From the NCBI GenBank assembly GCA_030650425.1, contig JAUSED010000003.1, forward strand, positions 7,903-71,902: 64,000 nucleotides of DNA. The letters run 5' to 3'. Of the stretch, positions 39,510-48,255 are shown piece after piece. The stretch's first letter is position 1. Every line of letters starts with the position of its first letter. The notes under the pieces are model-generated. The model saw only the letters and a program-made list of their open reading frames with translations. It searched no databases and was not told the DNA's origin. This stretch comes from Candidatus Omnitrophota bacterium. GTDB taxonomy: Bacteria > Omnitrophota > Gorgyraeia > Gygaellales > Profunditerraquicolaceae. The position numbers and the translations under genes are program-made.

Positions 39510-40987
39510 GTACGGATCTATTTATCAACGGTGAATTTAAAGAGGCAAAAGAAAAGCAGAATATCATTAATCCCTCTACCGGGAAGGCGATTGCGCAGGC
39601 AGGGGTTGCTTCTTTAAAAGATGTAGATTCAGCGATTGCCGGCGCCAGGGCCGCCTTTGATCAAGGAGAGTGGCCGCGATTATCATTAGCCGAACGCAAG
39701 GATTTTATTTCCAAGATTAGCCAAGGTATTTTAGATAACGCCGGAGAGCTGGCGGAGTTAGAGAGCCTAAACACCGGTAAGCCGATTAAAGAAACAACTT
39801 TTATGGATATTCCCTCGGCCGCGAAAACCTTTGAGTATGCCGCTAATAACTTTGAAAGATTCTTGAGCAGCGAGGAGTTGAATGTTTCAGGCAAAGCAAA
39901 GGCAGTTTTAAGGCGCGAGCCCGTCGGGGTCGTAGTTTTAATTGTCCCCTGGAATTATCCGCTTTTAATCGCCTGCTGGAAATTGGCGTCAGCTTTAGCC
40001 GCGGGAAATACGGTAATCCTTAAGCCCTCCAGCCTTACCCCGTTAAGCGCGCTTAAATTAGCCGGCATCGCGCATACTGCCGGTATTCCCGCCGGAGTGG
40101 TGAATGTGATCAATGGAAGCGGAGATAAAATCGGCGCAGCGCTTTGCGCGGATAGAAGAATAGATATGCTTTCTTTTACCGGTAGTAATGAGGTGGGGAG
40201 GAAAATTCTTGAATACTCTTCGCAGAATATAAAGAAATCGATTATGGAGTTGGGCGGAAAAAGCGCCAGTTTAATTTTTAACGATGCTGATTTAGATACC
40301 GCGGTGAACAGCTCGCTAGTATCAATATTTCTAAATCAGGGCCAGATGTGCACAGCGATGTCGCGCATCTTTGTTCAAGACAGCCTATATGATAAATTTG
40401 TAGTTAGTTTTGTAGAAAAGGCCAGGACCATAAAACTCGGTCCCGCGGATAGCCACGAAACTCAGATGGGCCCACTAATTAGCGAAAATCAGCGTAAAAG
40501 AGTGATTGCCTTTGTCGAAAAGGCTAAGGCCGAAGGCGCGCAGGTTTTGTGCGGCGGAAAAATCCCGCAAGATCCCGCGCTCAAAAATGGGTTTTTCTTT
40601 GAACCTACGGTGATCATTGATGTTAAGCCGCAAATGACTATATCCAAAGAAGAGGTTTTCGGCCCTGTTGTTACGATTAGCAGGTTTTCTAATAGCGATG
40701 AGGCAGTGAAGTTAGCTAACGCAAGCGATTTTGGATTAGCAGCCTGTATTTGGAGTAAAGATATAAATTTTGCTGAAAGAGTAGCCTGCCAGCTTAATAG
40801 CGGAACAGTCTGGATTAATACTTATGGCATGTTTTATAATCAGCTTCCTTACGGTGGATTCAAGCAGAGTGGTTTTGGTAAAGAATTAGGGAGGGAGGGG
40901 TTTCTCGAATATACCCGTCTTAAAAATATAATCATCGATCAGTCAGCCGATAGCAGGCCATTGGTCAATTACTGGTACGGTTTCTAA
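39506..40987 (+). CDS. NAD(P)-dependent aldehyde dehydrogenase.
   Basis: Catalytic Cys in LNQGQMCTAMSR, and Glu in IMELGGKSA. Confidence 0.9.
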   Translation: MSTDLFINGEFKEAKEKQNIINPSTGKAIAQAGVASLKDVDSAIAGARAAFDQGEWPRLSLAERKDFISKISQGILDNAGELAELESLNTGKPIKETTFMDIPSAAKTFEYAANNFERFLSSEELNVSGKAKAVLRREPVGVVVLIVPWNYPLLIACWKLASALAAGNTVILKPSSLTPLSALKLAGIAHTAGIPAGVVNVINGSGDKIGAALCADRRIDMLSFTGSNEVGRKILEYSSQNIKKSIMELGGKSASLIFNDADLDTAVNSSLVSIFLNQGQMCTAMSRIFVQDSLYDKFVVSFVEKARTIKLGPADSHETQMGPLISENQRKRVIAFVEKAKAEGAQVLCGGKIPQDPALKNGFFFEPTVIIDVKPQMTISKEEVFGPVVTISRFSNSDEAVKLANASDFGLAACIWSKDINFAERVACQLNSGTVWINTYGMFYNQLPYGGFKQSGFGKELGREGFLEYTRLKNIIIDQSADSRPLVNYWYGF

Positions 40988-40991
40988 AATA

Positions 40992-41711
40992 ATGAGGAAA
41001 TACATTTTATCTGTCTGGTTTTGGATAGGCAGCGCAATATTGACGATAATTTTATTTTTTGTCGTGCTGCTTCTTGCGGTCATTCTCCTTCCTTTTGATA
41101 AAAAAAGAAAAGTTGCTCACGCGCAATGTTTCTGGTGGTCGGATTGCGTAATCAAACTGAATCCCTATTGGAGATTGCGTGTTGAGGGCTTAGAGAATAT
41201 CGATCATCACAAGACATATGTGGTGATTGCCAATCATCAGAGTATGGCCGATATAGCTGTGCTTTATCAGACGCGCATGCAATTTAAGTGGGTCTCCAAA
41301 AAAAGCCTTTTCAATGTTCCTTTTATCGGGTGGTGCCTTACGCTCACTAAGCATATCAAGTTGGAGCGGGGAGAATTTTCCAGTATTAAAAAAGTATACC
41401 GCGAGGCGGCGGAATGGCTGAGAAAGGATATATCGGTATTATTTTTTCCGGAGGGGACACGCAGCGATACCGGCCAGATGAATGTCTTTCAAAACGGCGC
41501 CTTTAAGTTAGCGATAAAAGAAAAGAGGCCTATACTTCCTATCCGCATCCAGGGAACGCGCGAGGCCATTCCTAAAGGCAGCTGGGTTTTTAACGCGAAA
41601 GTTTTGGTGACCATTACTGTCCTCCCTGCTGTTGAAACAGGTTCATTAAATCCGGCTGATTTTGCCAGCCTTAGGGATACGGTTTTTAAGAGAATTAGTG
41701 GTATAATATAG
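40992..41711 (+). CDS. plsC: 1-acyl-sn-glycerol-3-phosphate acyltransferase (lysophospholipid acyltransferase).
   Basis: N-terminal TM segment, acyltransferase motifs HQSMADI (HxxxxD) and FPEGTRS. Confidence 0.85.
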   Translation: MRKYILSVWFWIGSAILTIILFFVVLLLAVILLPFDKKRKVAHAQCFWWSDCVIKLNPYWRLRVEGLENIDHHKTYVVIANHQSMADIAVLYQTRMQFKWVSKKSLFNVPFIGWCLTLTKHIKLERGEFSSIKKVYREAAEWLRKDISVLFFPEGTRSDTGQMNVFQNGAFKLAIKEKRPILPIRIQGTREAIPKGSWVFNAKVLVTITVLPAVETGSLNPADFASLRDTVFKRISGII

Positions 41712-41724
41712 AAAAGGGGCCAGA

Positions 41725-42567
41725 ATGGATACTTATATACTTTTATTCCAGTGCAGGGACCAAAGAGGGATTGTAGCCAAGATTTCTGATTTTATTTTCA
41801 AACATGGCGGGAACATTGTTACCGCTGATCAATACTCCACTGATTTCCAGAAAGGTTATTTCTTTATCAGGCTGGAATTTGTAGTAGGCACTAAACCCGG
41901 GATAAAAGCCGGCCTGGAAAGAGGTTTAGGCCTGATTGCCAAGGGCTTTAGCGCCAAGTTTTCGCTTCATGATAAAAATAAACCCCTGCGCATGGGGGTA
42001 TTGGTTTCCAAGCCCAGCCATTGCCTGGCCGAAATATTGTATTTATGGCAGGAGAAAGAACTGCGTTTGGAAATACCTTTTGTAATCAGTAATTTCGCGG
42101 GGCACGCTGAACTCGTCAAGCAATACAAGATCCCTTTTTATTTTATTCCGGCGGAAAGCAAGGACAGGAAAGAAGCTGAGTTATTGAAGTTAGTCTCAGA
42201 GAAAACCGACTTTCTGGTTTTAGCCCGTTATATGCTCCTGCTTTCCCGAAAATTCCTTGGCGCTTACGGTAAAGAGATCCTCAATATCCATCACGGATTC
42301 CTGCCTTCGTTTAAAGGGCGCAATCCTTATCGGCAGGCGCTTTCCAGCGGAGTGAAGATAATCGGAGCAACCAGCCATTTTGTGACTGAGAGACTTGACG
42401 AAGGCCCGATGATCGCCCAGGAGGTAGAGAGTATTTCGCATAAAGATAGCTTAGCTGACCTGACGCGCAAAGGGAAGAATTTGGAAAAGAAGGCCCTAAT
42501 TGACGCGATTTGCGCCTACGTGGATTACCGCGTGATTAAATTCGATAATAAAACCATAGTTTTTTAG
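41725..42567 (+). CDS. purU: Formyltetrahydrofolate deformylase (ACT domain plus formyltransferase).
   Basis: ACT domain ILLFQCRDQRGIVAKISDFI, formyltransferase motifs LNIHHGFLPSFKG and SHFVTERLDEGP. Confidence 0.85.
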   Translation: MDTYILLFQCRDQRGIVAKISDFIFKHGGNIVTADQYSTDFQKGYFFIRLEFVVGTKPGIKAGLERGLGLIAKGFSAKFSLHDKNKPLRMGVLVSKPSHCLAEILYLWQEKELRLEIPFVISNFAGHAELVKQYKIPFYFIPAESKDRKEAELLKLVSEKTDFLVLARYMLLLSRKFLGAYGKEILNIHHGFLPSFKGRNPYRQALSSGVKIIGATSHFVTERLDEGPMIAQEVESISHKDSLADLTRKGKNLEKKALIDAICAYVDYRVIKFDNKTIVF

Positions 42568-42584
42568 CTAGAGGGATTAACCCG

Positions 42585-43664
42585 ATGAGGAAAATTAATA
42601 AGATTCTATTGTGGATAATTGCCGTTTTTTTTACCCTTTTTATTATTGCCAATATCGCGGTTTCCTTATTTGCCAAACAAATTATAGTTAGGCAAATCGA
42701 AGAGAACCTTAAAGTTCCCGTAACCCTCGGCAGCATAAACGTCGGCCTGCCTCTTTCCATAAAACTAAGTAAACTTAGCGTCGGGGATTTATTTAAAGCC
42801 GATGAAGTTTCTGTTTCTCCTAACATCCTTGGATTTTTCGCGGGTAAGCTTGTGCTTAGTTCGGTGGACTTAGTTAATCCGTTGGTCAATCTTGAACGGT
42901 CAGCCGACGGAAGGCTCAACCTACCCAAATTAGATAATAATAAAGGAAAGCCACCCGCGATTTATCTGACTAGCCTGAGCGTAAGAAACGGAAAGCTTAT
43001 TTTTATCGATAGAAAGATAGATCCTTCCGGTTATAAAATTATTCTGGCAAATTTAAACAGCCACATTTCTAAAGTCATGCTTCCTCCGGCTTCGCTTAAG
43101 GTTAATTTTAAGCTGTCGGCGGATTTGTTGGCTCCAGATAGCCGGAAATTGGGAAGTACAGCGTTATCCGGCTGGCTGGATTTCGGGCCTAAGGATATGG
43201 ATGGGAACCTCATCATCAAAGACTTGGACCTGACTTATTTTTCTCCATACTACGGGAATTTTATCTCCGATAAGAAACTCCTTTCAGCCAAGCTCAATAT
43301 CAATACTAACCTTAAGGCCGAAAATAATAACCTAAAAATCTTGACTGATTTCAGGCTCTCTAATTTAACATATAGCCAAGAGGCACCTGTTGAAGGAACG
43401 CTGCCGGAGATAAATTTCGCGAAGAATGCCTTGGAGTTTTTTACCGATTCCAAAGGTAACCTGAATCTGGAATTTGAGATTAATACCCGATTGGACCATC
43501 CCAATGTCACTGTCGAGCAGCTTAAGAAGGTGATCTTAAAGGCGGCCAGCAAAAATCTCTCTAACCAATCTCCGGAAGAGCTGATGAAGAAAGTTAATGC
43601 TAATATCGACCAATTCAAGGCGATAGGCAAGACTTTGAAGAATATATTTAAAGGGAAAGAGTAA
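42585..43664 (+). CDS. Hypothetical membrane-anchored protein (AsmA/DUF748-like?).
   Basis: N-terminal TM helix followed by a soluble beta-rich region. The family call is weak. Confidence 0.4.
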   Translation: MRKINKILLWIIAVFFTLFIIANIAVSLFAKQIIVRQIEENLKVPVTLGSINVGLPLSIKLSKLSVGDLFKADEVSVSPNILGFFAGKLVLSSVDLVNPLVNLERSADGRLNLPKLDNNKGKPPAIYLTSLSVRNGKLIFIDRKIDPSGYKIILANLNSHISKVMLPPASLKVNFKLSADLLAPDSRKLGSTALSGWLDFGPKDMDGNLIIKDLDLTYFSPYYGNFISDKKLLSAKLNINTNLKAENNNLKILTDFRLSNLTYSQEAPVEGTLPEINFAKNALEFFTDSKGNLNLEFEINTRLDHPNVTVEQLKKVILKAASKNLSNQSPEELMKKVNANIDQFKAIGKTLKNIFKGKE

Positions 43665-44320
43665 TGCCAGCGAATAAATCTAAAAGCCTGCAAGATATCG
43701 AAGAAAAAATGGGATCTCTGGACGTAAATTCTTTACGTTATCATGTGCTGGAGAGCGCCAGGAATTTTAAAACCTCCTGGATTGAATTAGGACGCTCGCT
43801 TTATTCCGTCTGGAAAGATAAGATGTATAAGGAATGGGGTTTTGGGACGTTTGACGCCTACACCGCCAAAGAAATCGGGATCAAGAAGCCCACGGCGATG
43901 AAGCTACTGCGCTCATATTATTTTCTGGAAAAAGAAGAACCGGCATATTTGAAGGATGGTTATACTGAATCAGCTGATACGGCCAAGCTTCCCAGCTACG
44001 AAGCCGTGGATTTATTGCGCAAGGCAAAAGATAAGAAAACTCTGGATTCCCAAGATTATTCAAAATTGAAAAAGGAAATTTTTGAGGATGGTAAGGATGT
44101 GCAAACTGTAAAGCGGGATTTGACTTCTCTAGTCAGGCAGAGAGAAGAACTTGAACCTGAAGAGGCGTATAAAAAAAGACGGACAGCCATCTTAAGGAGA
44201 TTTATCGGCAGCCTTAAGGCCTTAAAGCAGGAGGCAGAAGTATCCAAATTGCTTCCGGCCCAGCTGATCAACGAAGCGCAGGAATTGATCCGCAAGATAG
44301 AGGAGCAAATTAAATTGTGA
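43664..44320 (+). CDS. Hypothetical protein.
   Basis: 218-aa ORF with no recognised motif. Its stop lies 1 nt before REP array 9. Confidence 0.45.
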   Translation: MPANKSKSLQDIEEKMGSLDVNSLRYHVLESARNFKTSWIELGRSLYSVWKDKMYKEWGFGTFDAYTAKEIGIKKPTAMKLLRSYYFLEKEEPAYLKDGYTESADTAKLPSYEAVDLLRKAKDKKTLDSQDYSKLKKEIFEDGKDVQTVKRDLTSLVRQREELEPEEAYKKRRTAILRRFIGSLKALKQEAEVSKLLPAQLINEAQELIRKIEEQIKL

Positions 44321-44321
44321 G

Positions 44322-44380
44322 GGAAACTGTTTCCAACTTGTGAAGGAAACTGTTTCCGGATCAATCGGGAAACAGTTTCC
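44322..44380. repeat. REP array 9: three units at 44322, 44345 and 44368.
   Basis: 23-nt phasing. Linkers are aacttgtgaa and ggatcaatcg. This is the last family-1 array in the window. Confidence 0.9.
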
Positions 44381-44387
44381 ATAGTAT

Positions 44388-45896
44388 ATGATGAATATAA
44401 TTGAAATATTAGATAAGCGGGCAAAGGATGCTCCGGATAAGCCGGCAGTAATTTTTAGAGATAAGGTTATTTCATTTGCTGACTTAGCGGATAAATCTTT
44501 ACGCCTAGAATCCGCGTTTAAAGAATTAGGCATAAATAAAGGCGACAAAATAGCCATCTATTTACCGAGTTGGCCGGAGTACATTTTTAGTTATTTGGCT
44601 ATCTGGCGTATCGGCGCGACAGCCGTACCTTTGGATTTTATGCTTACCGAAGATGAGTTAGTTTCCTGCCTTGCGCATTCCGAAGCCAAGATTTTAATTG
44701 CCAAGCCTAAGGCCAATCTTTCTTTAGCCGCGCTCAAACAAAGATGCCCGGGGCTAAAAGAAATCATTACCTGTCAGGATAAGGAAGAGGGATTTCTATT
44801 TTTTGATGAATGCCTGGAAAAATCCGGCGCAAGCGCTGTCAAAGCGGATACACAGGACAAAGATTACGCGATTATCTTCTATACCTCGGGGACAACCGGT
44901 AAGCCCAAGGGAGTGTTGATCAATTATTTGCAACTAAGCGCGCCGCCCAAGTCGATGGAATTTTTTGTGAACGCGGATTTAAGCGATAGAGACACTACTT
45001 TATGCGCTTTACCCTTCTCGCATTTGGGGGGCTTGATTTATATCCAAAATACAATAGTTTTTGGCTTAAAGTTAGTCTTAATGGAACGTTTTATTCCGTT
45101 AGAGTTCTTAAAGAATACCCAGCATCATAAGGTAAACTTTTTTTGGCTTGTTCCATCGATGTATTATGCCCTGCTGCAGCTAAAAGAATTTGAAACCTTT
45201 GACTTGGAGAGTCTGCGCTGGATAGTTACCTTTGGCGCCTCTAATTCTCCGGATGCCTTGCGCAGATTCCAACAATATTGTCCTAAAGCCAGCCTGTTGA
45301 ACGGCTGGGGCCTGACGGAGACCAACGCGCCGACAGTGGTTTCGGGGATGGGTTCCCAAAAAATCGAAAGCGTAGGCAGGCCTGCGCCATGGGTAGAGGT
45401 AAAGATTTTTAATGAAGAAGATAAAGAGGTTAGCATCGGGCTGGTAGGTGAGATCGTGGTTAAAGGTTGGGTAGTAACCGACGGGTATTATAAAGATGAT
45501 GCCTTGACCAATGAAACTTTAAGAAATGGATGGTTTCACACCGGAGATTTGGGAAAATTCGATACCGAAGGCGACCTTTATATCGTCGGCAGGAAGAAAG
45601 AGATGATTAAAGTCGGAGGAGAGATTGTTTTTGAGCCGGAGGTAGAATCGGTGATCTACCGGCATCCTGATATCGCTGAAGCCGCGGTGGTCGGGGTGGT
45701 AGATAAATTAAGGGGAGAGGTTCCTAAGGCTTGGGTGGTTTTAAAAGAAGGAAAGAATTTAAACGAAGAAGAACTGCGTTATTTCTTGCGGCAGCACTTG
45801 GCGCATTTTAAGATTCCGCATTATTTTGAATTTACCAATTCTCTTCCCAAAAATCGTACCGGAAAGATCGATAAAGAAAAATTAAGATGCTTGTAG
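44388..45896 (+). CDS. AMP-dependent synthetase/ligase (acyl-CoA synthetase family).
   Basis: AMP-binding motif IFYTSGTTGKPKGV, GWGLTETN, and a C-terminal GEIVFEPEVE...PKNRTGKIDK. Confidence 0.9.
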   Translation: MMNIIEILDKRAKDAPDKPAVIFRDKVISFADLADKSLRLESAFKELGINKGDKIAIYLPSWPEYIFSYLAIWRIGATAVPLDFMLTEDELVSCLAHSEAKILIAKPKANLSLAALKQRCPGLKEIITCQDKEEGFLFFDECLEKSGASAVKADTQDKDYAIIFYTSGTTGKPKGVLINYLQLSAPPKSMEFFVNADLSDRDTTLCALPFSHLGGLIYIQNTIVFGLKLVLMERFIPLEFLKNTQHHKVNFFWLVPSMYYALLQLKEFETFDLESLRWIVTFGASNSPDALRRFQQYCPKASLLNGWGLTETNAPTVVSGMGSQKIESVGRPAPWVEVKIFNEEDKEVSIGLVGEIVVKGWVVTDGYYKDDALTNETLRNGWFHTGDLGKFDTEGDLYIVGRKKEMIKVGGEIVFEPEVESVIYRHPDIAEAAVVGVVDKLRGEVPKAWVVLKEGKNLNEEELRYFLRQHLAHFKIPHYFEFTNSLPKNRTGKIDKEKLRCL

Positions 45897-45901
45897 GGGT
45901 T

Positions 45902-46933
45902 ATGCAAGATATTAAAGAACTAACCCTTAAAGAACTGGAAGAAACGCTCAAGTCCTTTGGCGCTAACGCCTATAATGCCCGGCAGATATTTTCCTGGATT
46001 TATAAGAAAGGCGTAAGCGAGTTCGCTCAGATGAGCGATTTGAGCCAAAGTTTAAGGGATAGCCTAAGTAAAAGTTTCTACATTTCCGGTTTAGCAATAG
46101 TCAAGAAGCTTAAATCCAGCGACGGAACTCAGAAATTACTTTTTAAGTTAAAAGACGCAAGTCTGATTGAAGCTGTGATCATTCCCGCTAAAGGCAGAAT
46201 TACGGGTTGTCTTTCGACGCAAGTCGGTTGTAAATTTGCCTGTCGGTTTTGCGCCAGCGGGATAAGCGGATTCAAACGCAATCTGACTTCTTCGGAGATA
46301 ATTGAAGAGGTTTTGTACCTAAAGAGAGAATCTTTGCCTGAAAGACTGACGCACCTGGTATTTATGGGCACAGGAGAGCCGTTGGATAATTACAATGAAA
46401 TAATCAGGGCAATAAGAATCATTAATTCTCCGGACGGATGTAATATCGGAGCGCGCAGGATTACCATATCCACCAGCGGAATTATCCCGGGTATTCAAAA
46501 ACTAGCAGGGGAAGGTTTACAGATAGAGCTATCTGTTTCTTTACACGCGGCTGGTGAGAAATTAAGAACCGAGATTATGCCCATTAATGAGAAATATCCG
46601 CTTAAGGAATTAATCGCAGCCTGTAAGGAGTATGTTGCCAAGACCAATCGCCAGATTACCTTTGAATATATTTTGATTAAAGGCCTGAATGCAGGTTTAA
46701 AAAATGCGCAGGAATTGAGTAAGTTATTAAGCGGCTGGAAGCTTGCTAAGGTGAATCTTATCCCGTCTAATCTTATCAGTGAGCTTAAAGCAGCGCCTCC
46801 GGAGAAAAAAGATATTCTTGCGTTTAGGGATTATTTAATTAAGCACAAAGTAAATGTTACTTTGCGCAAAGAGCGCGGAGAAGATATTAACGCGGCCTGT
46901 GGACAACTGAGGTTAACTTATGCTAAGGAATAG
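45902..46933 (+). CDS. rlmN: 23S rRNA m2A2503 / tRNA m2A37 methyltransferase, radical SAM.
   Basis: Radical SAM cluster CKFACRFCASG, LVFMGTGEPLDN, and a C-terminal GEDINAACGQL. Confidence 0.85.
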   Translation: MQDIKELTLKELEETLKSFGANAYNARQIFSWIYKKGVSEFAQMSDLSQSLRDSLSKSFYISGLAIVKKLKSSDGTQKLLFKLKDASLIEAVIIPAKGRITGCLSTQVGCKFACRFCASGISGFKRNLTSSEIIEEVLYLKRESLPERLTHLVFMGTGEPLDNYNEIIRAIRIINSPDGCNIGARRITISTSGIIPGIQKLAGEGLQIELSVSLHAAGEKLRTEIMPINEKYPLKELIAACKEYVAKTNRQITFEYILIKGLNAGLKNAQELSKLLSGWKLAKVNLIPSNLISELKAAPPEKKDILAFRDYLIKHKVNVTLRKERGEDINAACGQLRLTYAKE

Positions 46934-47552
46934 CCAAAAGATAATTTTATTAGCCGTCATCCTGACTTTATTGGGGTTTTGCGCTTTTGTCTTGTCTAGC
47001 TGCGTAAAAAAAGAGATTAAGAATACTAATTCCAGCGGCAAGAATATTATTTGTTTCGGCGACAGCATTACCTTTGGCTACGGAGTGAACCCGGGGCAGG
47101 ATTATCCAACTCACTTGGCAAAAATGGTGAATAGGCCGGTGATTAATGCCGGAGTTGACGGAGATACTTCTATCGAAGGCTCAAAAAGGATTAAAAGAGA
47201 CGTCTTAGATAAGCAGCCGTATCTAGTGCTGATTGAATTTACCGGGAATGACTTTTTAAAGAAGGTCCCGCTTTACACCACGATCGATAATCTAAAAGAA
47301 ATGATCCGGCAGATCCAAGGAGCAGGGGCAATCACTGCTATCGTTGATGTAAGCGCCGGATTATTCTTACTCGACTACCGAATACAACTTTCTAAGCTGG
47401 CCCGGGAAACCGAATCAATTTTTATCCCCGCCACCTTAAGCGGAATTATTACCAATCCGAGCATGAAAAGCGATTTTATGCATCCTAATGCCGGCGGCTA
47501 CGTGATCGTCGCCCAAAGGGTATGCCGCGGGATCGAGGATTATATAAAATGA
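46920..47552 (+). CDS. SGNH/GDSL-family hydrolase (lipoprotein).
   Basis: Block I IICFGDSITFGYG and block III-like TGNDF. N-terminal signal/lipobox LSSC. Confidence 0.75.
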   Translation: MLRNSQKIILLAVILTLLGFCAFVLSSCVKKEIKNTNSSGKNIICFGDSITFGYGVNPGQDYPTHLAKMVNRPVINAGVDGDTSIEGSKRIKRDVLDKQPYLVLIEFTGNDFLKKVPLYTTIDNLKEMIRQIQGAGAITAIVDVSAGLFLLDYRIQLSKLARETESIFIPATLSGIITNPSMKSDFMHPNAGGYVIVAQRVCRGIEDYIK

Positions 47553-47628
47553 ATAAGTTTTAATATTCGTTGTTTCCAAAGCCCGTCCATAACCATAAAA
47601 GACCAAGTTTATTCCCAACTTTACGCAT

Positions 47629-48255
47629 ATGAAAAAAGAAGATTATCTTGAAGAGTTATATAAGATTCAATGCCGCAATAACCGCGTTGCCAGGGTTACT
47701 GAATTGGCGCATGCGCTCAAAGTTTCCGATTCAAGCGTTTCTGAAATGATCAGAAGGCTCCAGAAGGAAAAATTGGTCACTTTCGAGCGTTTCGGAGGAA
47801 TCAGCCTTACTGCCGCGGGAATTAAGGAAGCCAGGAAAGTAATTAGAAAACATCAGCTCTTAGAAGTTTTTTTCAGCAAGGTGCTAAAAATAAAAACACA
47901 TTCCCATGAAGAAGCCCACCTCATGGAACACGTCCTCTCAGACGCGGCAACTGATAAGCTTGACAGTGTGCTTAAAAAACCCAAACTTTGCCCGGACGGT
48001 AATCCTATCCCGGAGAAGAATAGCGAAGTAGTAAGTCTAATTCAGCTCTCTGTAAAAAGTAAAGCAGAGGTTATCTTTGTAGCTAGCAAAAACAAGGCCT
48101 GCCTTGAACGCCTGAATTCACTCGGGCTTGTTCCCCAGGCAAAAGTCAGGGTAGTGCGTAAATTAAGCAGAGGGCCATTGATTTTGAATGTAAAAGGAAG
48201 CGAGATTGCCTTAGGGCCTGATGTTTGCGCGAGCATATTTGTGGAGAAAAAATGA
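47629..48255 (+). CDS. DtxR/MntR-family metal-dependent repressor with a C-terminal FeoA-like SH3 domain.
   Basis: DtxR HTH ARVTELAHALKVSDSSVSEMIRRL, metal-site H/E-rich helix HSHEEAHLMEH, and a C-terminal FeoA-like ~70 aa. Confidence 0.7.
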   Translation: MKKEDYLEELYKIQCRNNRVARVTELAHALKVSDSSVSEMIRRLQKEKLVTFERFGGISLTAAGIKEARKVIRKHQLLEVFFSKVLKIKTHSHEEAHLMEHVLSDAATDKLDSVLKKPKLCPDGNPIPEKNSEVVSLIQLSVKSKAEVIFVASKNKACLERLNSLGLVPQAKVRVVRKLSRGPLILNVKGSEIALGPDVCASIFVEKK

